A program made the position numbers and the translations under genes. A stretch of 64,000 nucleotides of DNA, taken from contig CBDCMT010000001.1 in NCBI GenBank assembly GCA_965219095.1, forward strand, positions 2,048,001-2,112,000, read 5' to 3'. Shown here piece after piece: positions 1 through 8,606 of this stretch. The stretch is from Bdellovibrionales bacterium (GTDB taxonomy: Bacteria; Bdellovibrionota; Bdellovibrionia; Bdellovibrionales; UBA1609). The notes beneath the pieces were generated by a model. That model saw nothing but the letters and a program-made list of their open reading frames with translations. It had not been told where the DNA came from and made no database searches. Position 1 is the first letter of the stretch; every line of letters starts with the position of its first letter.

Positions 1-2
1 AC

Positions 3-329
3 CTTCTTTTATGCATCTTTTTGATAGTTCTTGTCCTGATTCAAGATTTTAAAGGAGGTGCTATGGGAGTTTTTGGAGGAGGAGGTTCTCAATCTGTTTT
101 TGGTGCTAGTGGGGGAGGGAATTTTCTCATCACTTTAACAAAATGGGTGTCCTTAACTTTGCTGGCTACAGTTTTAGGTATTAGCTTTATTAGTCAATCA
201 GGGAAAAGTGTTTTTGAAAAAGAAGATCAGACTGTGAAAACTCAGGATGTGAAAAACCAAAATGTTCAAAAACCAAGTTCAGATAAGAGTTTAGATAAAA
301 ATTCAAAATCTGAACCTTTTTCTCCTTAA
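3..329 (+). CDS. secG: Preprotein translocase subunit SecG (5' end probably outside window)
   Basis: LVLIQDFKGGAMGVFGGGGSQSVFGASGGGNFLITLTKW is the SecG signature; the frame is open upstream to the window edge. Confidence 0.9.
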   Translation, partial: LLLCIFLIVLVLIQDFKGGAMGVFGGGGSQSVFGASGGGNFLITLTKWVSLTLLATVLGISFISQSGKSVFEKEDQTVKTQDVKNQNVQKPSSDKSLDKNSKSEPFSP

Positions 330-697
330 TGGAAAGCATGAAAATTTTTTTTTTTATTATTATAGCTCTTCTTGTAGGAGGCTTTATTTTTTCCTTTCAA
401 AAAAAAACTTCTCACAACACACCTCCTAATTCTTATTTTCAAAAACTTATAATAAAAGAAGCAAGAAATCTAAAAAAGTGTTACTTAACTCGTCTGCAGA
501 ATTTAAAAATAATAAAAGGTATTCTTCTAGCAGAAGTATCCTTTCACCCTGGGGGCTATATTAACTCTGTTCGCATTGTAAAAAGTGATTTTCAAGACTC
601 TACCTTTCTTCGTTGCATTCAAACGGTTCTTTCTAGAGTTTCTTTAAGCCCTTTTAGGGGTTCTATGGTGAAAATTGTTTATCCTCTAAACTTTTAA
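329..697 (+). CDS. Membrane-anchored AgmX/PglI (TonB C-terminal-like) domain protein
   Basis: N-terminal TM helix, then LKKCY...GILLAEVSFHPGG...CIQTVLSRVSL...IVYPLNF pattern; overlaps secG stop. Confidence 0.6.
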   Translation: MESMKIFFFIIIALLVGGFIFSFQKKTSHNTPPNSYFQKLIIKEARNLKKCYLTRLQNLKIIKGILLAEVSFHPGGYINSVRIVKSDFQDSTFLRCIQTVLSRVSLSPFRGSMVKIVYPLNF

Positions 698-898
698 AAG
701 TGAGTTGAAAGGAGAATGAAATAGCTTAAAGGAGCTTTTAGATCGTTGAACAAAAACTTTCATTTAAAGCAGAAGACTGTATCTCTTCTCCTCTTTAAGC
801 TCTTTGGGTTAATGAATCAACTTCTTGCTTCCCATCTTTTGATTATGGTGCTCAATCTTTTCTTTTAACAAATCTAAACTTTCTGACATACACAATTT

Positions 899-937
899 GC
901 CTCCTCAAAAGAACCTCCGAGAACCCACAGATTCTTT
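899..937. mobile_element. ISL3 right-end remnant (fused right-end pieces)
   Basis: gcctcctcaaaagaa + cctccgagaacccacagattcttt match the right end of the ISL3 copies in this window. Confidence 0.75.
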
Positions 938-939
938 GT

Positions 940-1158
940 ACCCCTCTTGAAAAAACTTATTTAAGAGCTATGGCTACATTAGGTCCAGATGATCAAAAGT
1001 CAGGGGATATTGCTAAGGAAATGAAAAAAACTTCTCAGAAAGTAGCTCCAATTAGAGCAAGTTTAATGAGCAAAGGAATCATTTATAGCCCAGCTCACGG
1101 TGATAATAAATTTACCGTTCCCTTGTTTGATGAATTTATGAAAAGAGCTAATCCGTAA
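940..1158 (+). pseudogene. C-terminal wHTH fragment of an ATP-binding (AAA) protein
   Basis: IYSPAHGDNKFTVPLFDEFMKR resembles the conserved C-terminus of this family; 5' part replaced by the ISL3 remnant. Confidence 0.55.
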
Positions 1159-1232
1159 TCAGAGTGTCTTTTATTCTAGACTGTACTGAAAGAGACCCTG
1201 AATTAGCCCTTTAGTAAATGTCTATCAAAAAG

Positions 1233-1258
1233 TGAACTTCCCCTGTTTCTGCGGACAG
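1233..1258. mobile_element. IS3-family-like terminal repeat remnant (also at 30592-30660 and 44089-44160)
   Basis: TG(A/G)ACTTCCCCTGTTTCTGCGGACAG occurs three times; TG start and ...GGACA pattern resemble IS3 ends. Confidence 0.6.
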
Positions 1259-1483
1259 TTTTTCGCTATCTTGTGGAAGATCATGGACTAATTTCAGTGC
1301 TACTCTTTCAAGCTGCATAGCAATAAGCTTGCGAATCTTCTCATGTTTATTTTTTACCATTTGTAACTGGGATTGATATTGTGTATCTTTCATTTGGGAC
1401 TCCTTTCTGGTTTGTTTATAATACCCTGAGTTTAGCTCAGGGGAGTCCCTTCTTCAAACCCTAACGACTTTACGGACAATCTC
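1259..1483 (-). mobile_element. Probable IS256-like left-end remnant with truncated ORF start (1393)
   Basis: End reads GAGATTGTCCGTAAAGTCG on minus strand; GGGACTCC...GGAGTCCC stem covers the RBS; ORF truncated at the IS3-like end. Confidence 0.4.
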
Positions 1484-1668
1484 TCATCCATATGAGTATA
1501 AAAGAGTATTTTTTTTGAGATGAAAGGGAGAAATCAAGAGAAATTCATAAAATTAAAACTAAAAACTAGCCTTACAGTGTACTAAAACTTTACTTAAAGG
1601 CTATAATCTTTTAAGATTTTTATAAAAGATCATATATTTAAAAAAAGTAGAAAGCGGGGAAAAATCTT

Positions 1669-2625
1669 ATGAAATCCTTTTTATCGTCTTTGCAGGAAAA
1701 CAACCTCAACATCAGAAGAACTCATTTAGAAATCGTACAAGTAAATATAGGAAAAGTCTGTAACCAAGCCTGCTATCACTGTCATGTGGAATCAAGTCCT
1801 CAGAGAACAGAAAACATGGATCAAAAAACAGTGGATCGTTTAATCGATTTGATTAAAATCTCTCCCAGCTTTCATACTGTTGATATTACAGGAGGTGCTC
1901 CTGAGTTAAACCCTTACTTTAGGAAGCTTGTTTTAGCGTCTAAAGAAGCAGGAAAACATGTTATTGATCGCTGTAATCTTACAATTTTATTCGAACCAAG
2001 ACAGGAAGACACAGCTATTTTTCTCAGTGAAAACGAAGTTCAAATTGTAGCCTCTCTTCCTTGCTATTCTAAACAAAATGTAGAAAAGCAGAGAGGAAGA
2101 GGTGTTTTTAGTAAAAGCATACAAGCTCTAAAGCTACTCAATGACCTAGGTTATGGAAGAGATGAAAAGAAGATTCTTCATCTCGTCTATAACCCTATAG
2201 GAGCTTATCTGCCTCCTGATCAAAAAAAGCTGGAGAAAGATTATAAAAGAGAGTTAAAGGATTTATTTGATATTGATTTTAATAACCTTTACACCATTAC
2301 CAACATGCCCATTAAAAGATTTCTTCAAGATCTTCGGAAACAAGATCTTTATGAAGAGTATATGGATCTTTTGATTAAAAATTTTAACCCCAAAGCCACC
2401 CAAGCTATCATGTGTAAGAACCTTGTCTCCGTTGCTTATAACGGCGAGATATTTGATTGCGATTTTAACCAAATGTTGGAATTACCTTTAGGCTCGGGGA
2501 AAAAAACCATTTGGGATGTTGATTCTTTTGAAGAAGGGTTTGAAGGTAAAGGCATTTGCTTTTCATCTCATTGTTATGCCTGTACAGCAGGGAGTGGAAG
2601 TTCTTGTCAAGGGGTTACAGCTTGA
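1669..2625 (+). CDS. arsS: Radical SAM/Cys-rich protein, ArsS (arsenosugar biosynthesis) family
   Basis: QVNIGKVCNQACYHCHVESSP (CxxxCxxC), DITGGAPELNP, DCDFNQML and C-terminal CYACTAGSGSSC. Confidence 0.85.
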   Translation: MKSFLSSLQENNLNIRRTHLEIVQVNIGKVCNQACYHCHVESSPQRTENMDQKTVDRLIDLIKISPSFHTVDITGGAPELNPYFRKLVLASKEAGKHVIDRCNLTILFEPRQEDTAIFLSENEVQIVASLPCYSKQNVEKQRGRGVFSKSIQALKLLNDLGYGRDEKKILHLVYNPIGAYLPPDQKKLEKDYKRELKDLFDIDFNNLYTITNMPIKRFLQDLRKQDLYEEYMDLLIKNFNPKATQAIMCKNLVSVAYNGEIFDCDFNQMLELPLGSGKKTIWDVDSFEEGFEGKGICFSSHCYACTAGSGSSCQGVTA

Positions 2626-2741
2626 AAAAAAGAGAATCATCTCAAAAAAATATGGGTTTTATCTATCGATAATAGTGGGAGACTTTGTTGTACACACCCT
2701 TTTAATACCTGATCAGAAAACAAAAAAGTAATAGAACAACG

Positions 2742-2803
2742 GTAAGTCGGTTTCTTAACAGCCCTTGACTTCTACTGAGGAGAGTATTTCTTAGATTTTA
2801 AAG
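2742..2803. mobile_element. IS66 terminal remnant
   Basis: gtaagtcggtttcttaacagcccttgacttc matches 37440 onward; GTAA terminus. Confidence 0.6.
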
Positions 2804-3102
2804 GAGAAGTTTTTATTTGTGATAGTTGCGACTTGAACCGAGGGGTTATTTTATATAACCTCTTGAAAACACTAAAAAGAGAATAAAAACAATAACTAAC
2901 ACTTCCTTGTTTCAGGCCAAATGCACACACTTTTTCACAGTTTTGGATAGTTAATCACGAACAAATCACGAACAAACTTCTCAAGAAAATGGTAGGGAGA
3001 ATAACAACCGACCAACATAACTATGTTATGTTGTACTAGGTTTATAAAAAAACAACCTTCAAAAGGATACATGGCTGTTTGTCAAGGAAGTGATATTTAA
3101 TC

Positions 3103-3355
3103 ACCTAAATTCGGGGCAAAAAATATCCACTACAAACATCCTAACATTTAAAATATCTTAAAACGGTCTTTCTTCTTCTAAGAAAAGACAAGATTTCTTG
3201 AAAAAGAAAGGGGTTTGCCATTGACTACTATCTGTAGTAGTGTATATATTATACATTATAGGAGGGGATATGAGCTTCATAAGAAAAATAAAAAAAGGCA
3301 ATAAAACTTAGTAAAATGACAACTGTAGTGTATATTTTTGACCCCGAATTTAGGT
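3103..3355 (+). mobile_element. IS1634-derived MITE (internal deletion derivative)
   Basis: TIRs acctaaattcgggg/ccccgaatttaggt, TSD taatc; keeps the transposase start MSFIRKIKKG joined to a 3' end nearly identical to 24311-24355. Confidence 0.8.
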
Positions 3356-3405
3356 TAATCAGTTACACAATTTAATTTACAGACTCATAATACAGTTTTC
3401 TGACT

Positions 3406-4896
3406 TTACTTTTTCAATCCAGTCCTTCTGAGAAATTCTACTACATCAAAATGTCCTTTTGCTTTCGCCAACATAAGTGCTGTCCTTCCCTTATTATCTT
3501 TAGCATTTACATTTGAAACTTTAGAAAGAAACTCTACAATATCGAGATGTCCGTAACGTGCTGCGAACATAAATGCTGTCCATCCGTCATTATCTTTAGC
3601 ATTTACAGCTAAACCTTTAACTTTAAAAAGAATCCTTACAATATCGAGATGTCCTACTCTTGCGGCCCACATAAATGCTGTCATTCCCTTATTATTTTTA
3701 GCATTTACAGCTAAACCTTTAACTTTAGAAAGAAGCTCTACAATATTGAGATGTCCGTAATATGTTGCATATATAAGTGCTGTCCATCCGTCATTATCTT
3801 TAGCATTTACATCTAAACCTTTAACTTTAGAAAGAAGCTCTACAATATCGAAATATCCTTCTCTTGCTGCATGCATAAGTGCTGTCATTCCGTATTTATC
3901 TTTAGCATTTACAGCTAAACCTTTAACTTTAGAAAGAAGCTCTACAATATTGAGATGTCCGTAATATGCTGCATGCATAAGTGCTGTCCATCCGTATTTA
4001 TCTTTAGCATTTACATCTAAACCTTTAACTTTAGAAAGAAGCTCTACAATATTGAGATGTCCGTAATATGTTGCATATATAAGTGCTGTCCATCCGTCAT
4101 TATCTTTAGCATTTACATCTAAACCTTTAACTTTAGAAAGAAGCTCTACAATATCGAAATATCCTTCTCTTGCTGCATGCATAAGTGCTGTCATTCCGTA
4201 TTTATCTTTAGCATTTACAGCTAAACCTTTAACTTTAGAAAGAAGCTCTACAATATTGAGATGTCCGTAATATGCTGCATGCATAAGTGCTGTCCATCCG
4301 TATTTATCTTTAGCATTTACAGCTAAACCTTTAACTTTAGAAAGAAGCTCTACAATATTGAGATGTCCGTAATATGTTGCATATATAAGTGCTGTCCATC
4401 CGTCATTATCTTTAGCATTTATTACTGAAAATTCGAGAAGAAACTTTACAAGATTTGAATCTCCTTTCTTTACTGCATCTATAAGTTTACCTCCTTTTAA
4501 ATTAGCACCATTCCTATTAAGAGCTTTAGCAAAACTTAAATCCCCATTTTTTATTGCTTTCGTAAGTGCATTTTGTGCTGGTTCATTATTCGCATCAGCT
4601 TTGTGTGATAAAAGAAGTTCTGCCATTTTTTTGCGACCAGAATTAAGAGCATATGCCAACATAGTTTCATTTTCATAACCAATCTTATAATTCACAGGTA
4701 TTTCAGCTTGACACTGTTCTAATATTTTTCTGAAAATATTAATTCTTCCTTTGGAAATAATTTTTCTTAACTCTTTTTTGAAGTATTTAGAGCAATCCAC
4801 ATCTTCAGAAAAAGCAGGAAAGCTTAAGCTTATTAAAGCTCCCATAGCAAATAAAGCTATTAAAGCTTTCCTTATATTATTGTTATTTGGTTTCAT
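3406..4896 (-). CDS. Secreted ankyrin-repeat protein (signal peptide, N-terminal domain, 10 canonical repeats)
   Basis: MKPNNNNIRKALIALFAMGALISLSFPAFS signal peptide; NAKDxxGxTALxxAxxxGHxxIVELL repeats; RBS aggagg. Confidence 0.95.
   Translation of the reverse strand: MKPNNNNIRKALIALFAMGALISLSFPAFSEDVDCSKYFKKELRKIISKGRINIFRKILEQCQAEIPVNYKIGYENETMLAYALNSGRKKMAELLLSHKADANNEPAQNALTKAIKNGDLSFAKALNRNGANLKGGKLIDAVKKGDSNLVKFLLEFSVINAKDNDGWTALIYATYYGHLNIVELLSKVKGLAVNAKDKYGWTALMHAAYYGHLNIVELLSKVKGLAVNAKDKYGMTALMHAAREGYFDIVELLSKVKGLDVNAKDNDGWTALIYATYYGHLNIVELLSKVKGLDVNAKDKYGWTALMHAAYYGHLNIVELLSKVKGLAVNAKDKYGMTALMHAAREGYFDIVELLSKVKGLDVNAKDNDGWTALIYATYYGHLNIVELLSKVKGLAVNAKNNKGMTAFMWAARVGHLDIVRILFKVKGLAVNAKDNDGWTAFMFAARYGHLDIVEFLSKVSNVNAKDNKGRTALMLAKAKGHFDVVEFLRRTGLKK
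3430..4420 (-). repeat. Tandem 102-bp ankyrin repeat array with a 306-bp higher-order duplication
   Basis: Repeat order A-B-C-A-B-C-A-D-E-cap; A/B/C units near-identical at DNA level. Confidence 0.9.
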
Positions 4897-5018
4897 AACA
4901 TCCTCCTTTTATTTGTGAAAGATATTTATTTCGAATAGCTATCTTTCATTTTTTTGTTTTTAAGTCCTATTTTCTTATATTGTTAGGTAGGACTTCTAAC
5001 TCTTCTAAAATTATATAT

Positions 5019-5035
5019 AGCAAAAACTATTCCAA
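5019..5035 (-). promoter_or_regulatory. Sigma-54-type -24/-12 promoter of the ankyrin gene
   Basis: TTGGAATAGTTTTTGCT (GG-N10-GC); homologous position holds consensus TTGGCACGGCTTTTGCT at 39217. Confidence 0.65.
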
Positions 5036-5091
5036 GCTTAACTCCTTATTATTTAAAGCTGAGCCTCTAAGACTGTAAAAAAAATTCAAAA

Positions 5092-5110
5092 GGTGACAAA
5101 AATTGTCACC
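5092..5110. promoter_or_regulatory. Palindromic putative activator-binding site
   Basis: GGTGACAA-AAA-TTGTCACC about 57 bp upstream of the -24 box; related sites at 17439-17458 and 39165-39182. Confidence 0.5.
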
Positions 5111-5321
5111 TACTCCTTTAAAACGTTATAGACTTCCAGTCTGGCCTTGTTTTCATAATCATTAAAATGAGTCTATCATAAAGAAGTTAAAAACACAAAC
5201 TATTTTTTAAAACTATAAAAACTGTATAAATTTTTCATAGTGATGTAATTTTTACCTTTCAAAAAGGAGAAAAGAGAACTTCTTTTTAAGAATGGGTCCG
5301 ACTTCAACGTTTTCCACTACT

Positions 5322-5368
5322 CTGTAAAAGCCCATTTTTCGAGAGTCTTTTTCACATCTTGTCGAAGT
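5322..5368 (-). pseudogene. Short fragment of the type IV coupling protein gene
   Basis: Reverse complement matches 6420-6467 (LRQDVKxTLEKWA). Confidence 0.75.
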
Positions 5369-5371
5369 CAG

Positions 5372-5575
5372 GAGCTCATATTAATCAAAGCAAGAGTAAG
5401 ACATCCTGTCTTGTATTTTTGAGTTCTTTGAGGCCTTACTGGCCTCTATCACCTCCGGTGATTGAACTCAAAAACATTCATTTTATTTGCTGTATTACAT
5501 TAAAATCTTAAAGAAAGAGAAGAAAAGGTGCGGAATGAAAAAACAAGAATCCTGAGGGTTCCTAGAAAAACCTTT
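5372..5575 (+). mobile_element. Degenerate ISL3 leader remnant
   Basis: ctcatattaatcaaagcaagagtaagacatcc...gaactcaaaaacattc matches the ISL3 5' leader. Confidence 0.75.
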
Positions 5576-5724
5576 TTTAAATTGAAAGATTAATTAGGTA
5601 ATATAAAGTAAAGATATTGATCTGTTTTCTTTAAATTTCTCTAAAAACCAAGCTATTGTTTTCATATATGCACGTTTTTAAGAATCTGTTTGAAATAAAT
5701 ACAGACTTGAATGCTATTTGAATG

Positions 5725-5836
5725 TTGCATATTTGTTACAAATTTGCATATATGTTACAAATGTAACAGATCTGTTACAAATTTGCATATATGTTACAAA
5801 TGTATCGGATTCAGCAAATTTGTAACAAATATGCAA
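5725..5836. repeat. Nested direct/inverted repeat array of TGTTACAAAT motifs
   Basis: 23-bp perfect IR (5725-5747/5814-5836), 32-bp direct repeat (5734-5765/5773-5804), 18-bp palindrome TGTAACAGATCTGTTACA (5762-5779). Confidence 0.9.
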
Positions 5837-5940
5837 ATTTTCAAAAAAAAATAAGAAAAACTTTTTTTTTCATTTAAAACTTTATTGTAGCAAAAGGTTT
5901 TATAAAAGAGTCTTTTTTATAAAACCAAAAAGAAAGGAGT

Positions 5941-6662
5941 ATGTATGAAGCAAAGAACAAAAAAAGAGTTTTTATGAAGATAGAAGCACCTCAAAAACTT
6001 GCAGGCTTAAAAGCTCAAATCCAAACCCTTACTTCTCCAGAATTTAAAAACTCCTCTATACATGAAGCAAAAGAAATCGATCTCCTGGATGTTATGAAAA
6101 AAAATCAAATAGCCTATTTCCAGTTGAATTTAAACGGCTATGGTTTTTTAGGTAAGAAAATCGGTAAAATTCTAGTTCAAGACCTAAAGGTTATAAGCTC
6201 TCAAATTCAATCAGGACAGGTGGATTTTAAGCCTCTGTTTTTAGGGGTCTTAATTGATGAATTTGGATCTTTTGCTACACCTGATTTTTCGGATTTTTTA
6301 AAGCAAGTGAGATCTGCTGGTATAGGAGTTCACTTATTTTGCCAAGGCTTAGCTGATTTAAATGTTGTAAGTCAGAGTTTTAGCAATCAAGTGTTGGAAA
6401 ATACAGCCACTAAAACCGTACTTCGACAAGATGTGAAGAGGACTCTCGAAAAATGGGCTTCTACAGCCGGCACTATGGACACTGTAGGTAGGAGTTTTCA
6501 GGTCAGTGAATCGCATTCTGGAGAGGTTGAAAAAACAGGCTTAGGGAATCTTTTTGAGACCAAAAAAATGAAGATCGAACATGATGTTTTTAAGAACTTA
6601 AAAGTAGGTCAGGCTGTACTCATTGATAAGATCAAAACCTCACAAGATTTGTTTCAAATTTT
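5941..6662 (+). pseudogene. Type IV coupling protein (VirD4/TraD/TraG family), C-terminal part only, truncated by ISL3
   Basis: VLIDEFGSF (Walker B), VRSAGIGVHLFCQGLADL, NTATK, FKNLKVGQAVL; no Walker A or TM segments. Confidence 0.8.
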
Positions 6663-8168
6663 GCATCCTCGAAAGAATCTGTGGGTTCCCGGAGGTTCTG
6701 GCAGTTTTCCAAGGTTATGATATAAGGCGATTTTTATAGCTTTAGAGGTTCTAAAGCCGTAAGATTTTCTCATAGTGAGTTTTACTTTGTTGTTTAAACC
6801 CTCTACAATCCCTGAGGAGAAGGTTTTTTTAGCCTTGAAGTAATTAAGAATAAGTAGCTTATGTCTTTGTATGGTTTTTGCTTTTCTTTTCATAGGTTCA
6901 ATTTTTGAAAGCATGACTCGTCTCGTCCAACTGTCTATAAATTTACCAGCCCAAGTTGGTGGAACATAGGTCCATAACTGTCGGAAGTCTTCTTTTAAAA
7001 AATAACAGCGGATACTTTTTAAATTGTACTGTATTAAATGCCTTAATTTTACTTTTTCATAAGATTTTAAATTTTCTGCATTTTTTAACAAGGGCCATCT
7101 AGCTTTTGTTAAAAGGGGTTCATACCCGTCTTCTTTCATTTTTTTGTGTTCTGAAGCTCTCACTTCATCTAAAGCCTTATTGAGTCTTGCTACGATATGA
7201 AACCGATCTAATATGTGTAAAGCTCCACTTGCCCTCTCCTTTATGACTTTTAAATAAGGCTTCCACATATCAGAACACACAAACCGTATATCTTTTGACT
7301 TCTCTCCTAGTAAATCAAAGAATTTTCTAAAACTCTTTTCTGTTCTTTTTTCTCCTATCCACAACAAGCGTACACGGGTTTTGCTTATTTCATAGACTAA
7401 GGTGAGATACTGATGGTTCTTTTTCCATTGTATTTCATCTACACCTATAGCTTGTATTCCCTTTAAAACCCTTTGTTTTAAACCATATTCTACGACCCAT
7501 TCTACCGAAGCATAGACCTGATTCCAACTGACATGAAACTTACAAGAAACCTCTTTCCAAGACAGGTGACGACACCAGTCTGCTAAGTACTTCATGTAAA
7601 AGATCGTTAAACTCTTCTTACCATCGGCCCAAGGTAAATACTCAACTTTTACCCCACAGCAAGGACAATTAACTCTTCTTACAAAATAAACAAAAAACAC
7701 CCTGTAACTTAAAATAGGAAGGGATTCAAAGTCCCGTGATGATTTACTGCTGTCATACACTGAACAGGGCTTCTTACAAACACTACAAAAAGCTTGGCCA
7801 TTTTTACGAGCCTTAATAGGAACATTAATTGACTTTCTATCTTTTGAAAAATAAATGTCTCCGTATACAAAAGACTTCCATCTTAAACAATCATTTAGTA
7901 TAGTCTTCAAAAGCATCTCTTCCCTCCTTTTTTTTTTTTGAATAACATTTTAAGGCATCTGGGAAGTAGGTGCTTCTTTTTTAAAATTTTAATGTAACAC
8001 AACAAATAAAAGAATGTTTTTGAGTTCAATCACCGGAGGTGATAGAGGCCAGTAAGGCCTCAAAGAACTCAAAAATACAAGATAGAATGTCTTACTCTTG
8101 CTTTGATTAATATGAGCCTTTTTGGGGGATTTCTACTACTTTTCACCCACAGATTCCCGGGAGGAGCC
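6663..8168 (-). mobile_element. ISL3 element copy A (transposase 7916-6654, reads through right end)
   Basis: Ends GGCTCCTCCCGGGAATCTGTGGG / CCCACAGATTCTTTCGAGGATGC; zinc finger plus IGVDE, CSDMW, LDRFH, VEGLNNKVK motifs; no TSD. Confidence 0.95.
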
Positions 8169-8244
8169 ATATAAATTAAGGGTGGTTTAAAAACCGAGTT
8201 ACGGAAGATCAGTCATGCCAGCGAAGATTAAAGAAAAGTTCAGA

Positions 8245-8311
8245 GGCCTTATATCATAACCTTGGAAAACTGCCAGAACCTCCGGGAACCCACAGATTCT
8301 TTTGAGGAGGC
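8245..8311 (+). mobile_element. ISL3 right-end remnant, preceded by an IS66-type end (about 8180-8202)
   Basis: Identical to the last ~65 bp of ISL3; aaaaaccgagttac upstream. Confidence 0.8.
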
Positions 8312-8606
8312 AATTTTTTAAACCTTTCTCAATGATTTGGTTTTTAATGACTTACTTTTCTTGCTTGACTGCCTGGTCATCCAGTATGAGTATATTGGTG
8401 TGTTTACTTACAAATGAAGGTTGGAAACAATTGAAGTTTTTACATAAGTTTTACAAACTATAGCCCTTATAGAATCAATTTAATTAGCCCATCCTTATTT
8501 TTATTGACAAATTAAAAATTATAGCTTACTTTATTGATTATTGATTTTGAAAACTCCTCTAATTCTCTAAAATTTTTTAGGCTTTTAGAAAGTTTACAGA
8601 TAGGGA

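Noticed and set aside
3430..4420. CRISPR array or diversity-generating retroelement in the ankyrin repeats
   Set aside because: Repeats are in-frame 102-bp coding units without unique spacers, variation is not adenine-specific, and no cas or reverse transcriptase gene is present
6663..6720. C-terminus HPRKNLWVPGGSGSFPRL of the coupling protein
   Set aside because: It is read-through into the ISL3 right end
8312..8319. AATTTTTT after the ISL3 remnant matching the left flank of copy D as a separated TSD pair
   Set aside because: Low-complexity match, and the sequence that follows does not continue the IS1634 transposase
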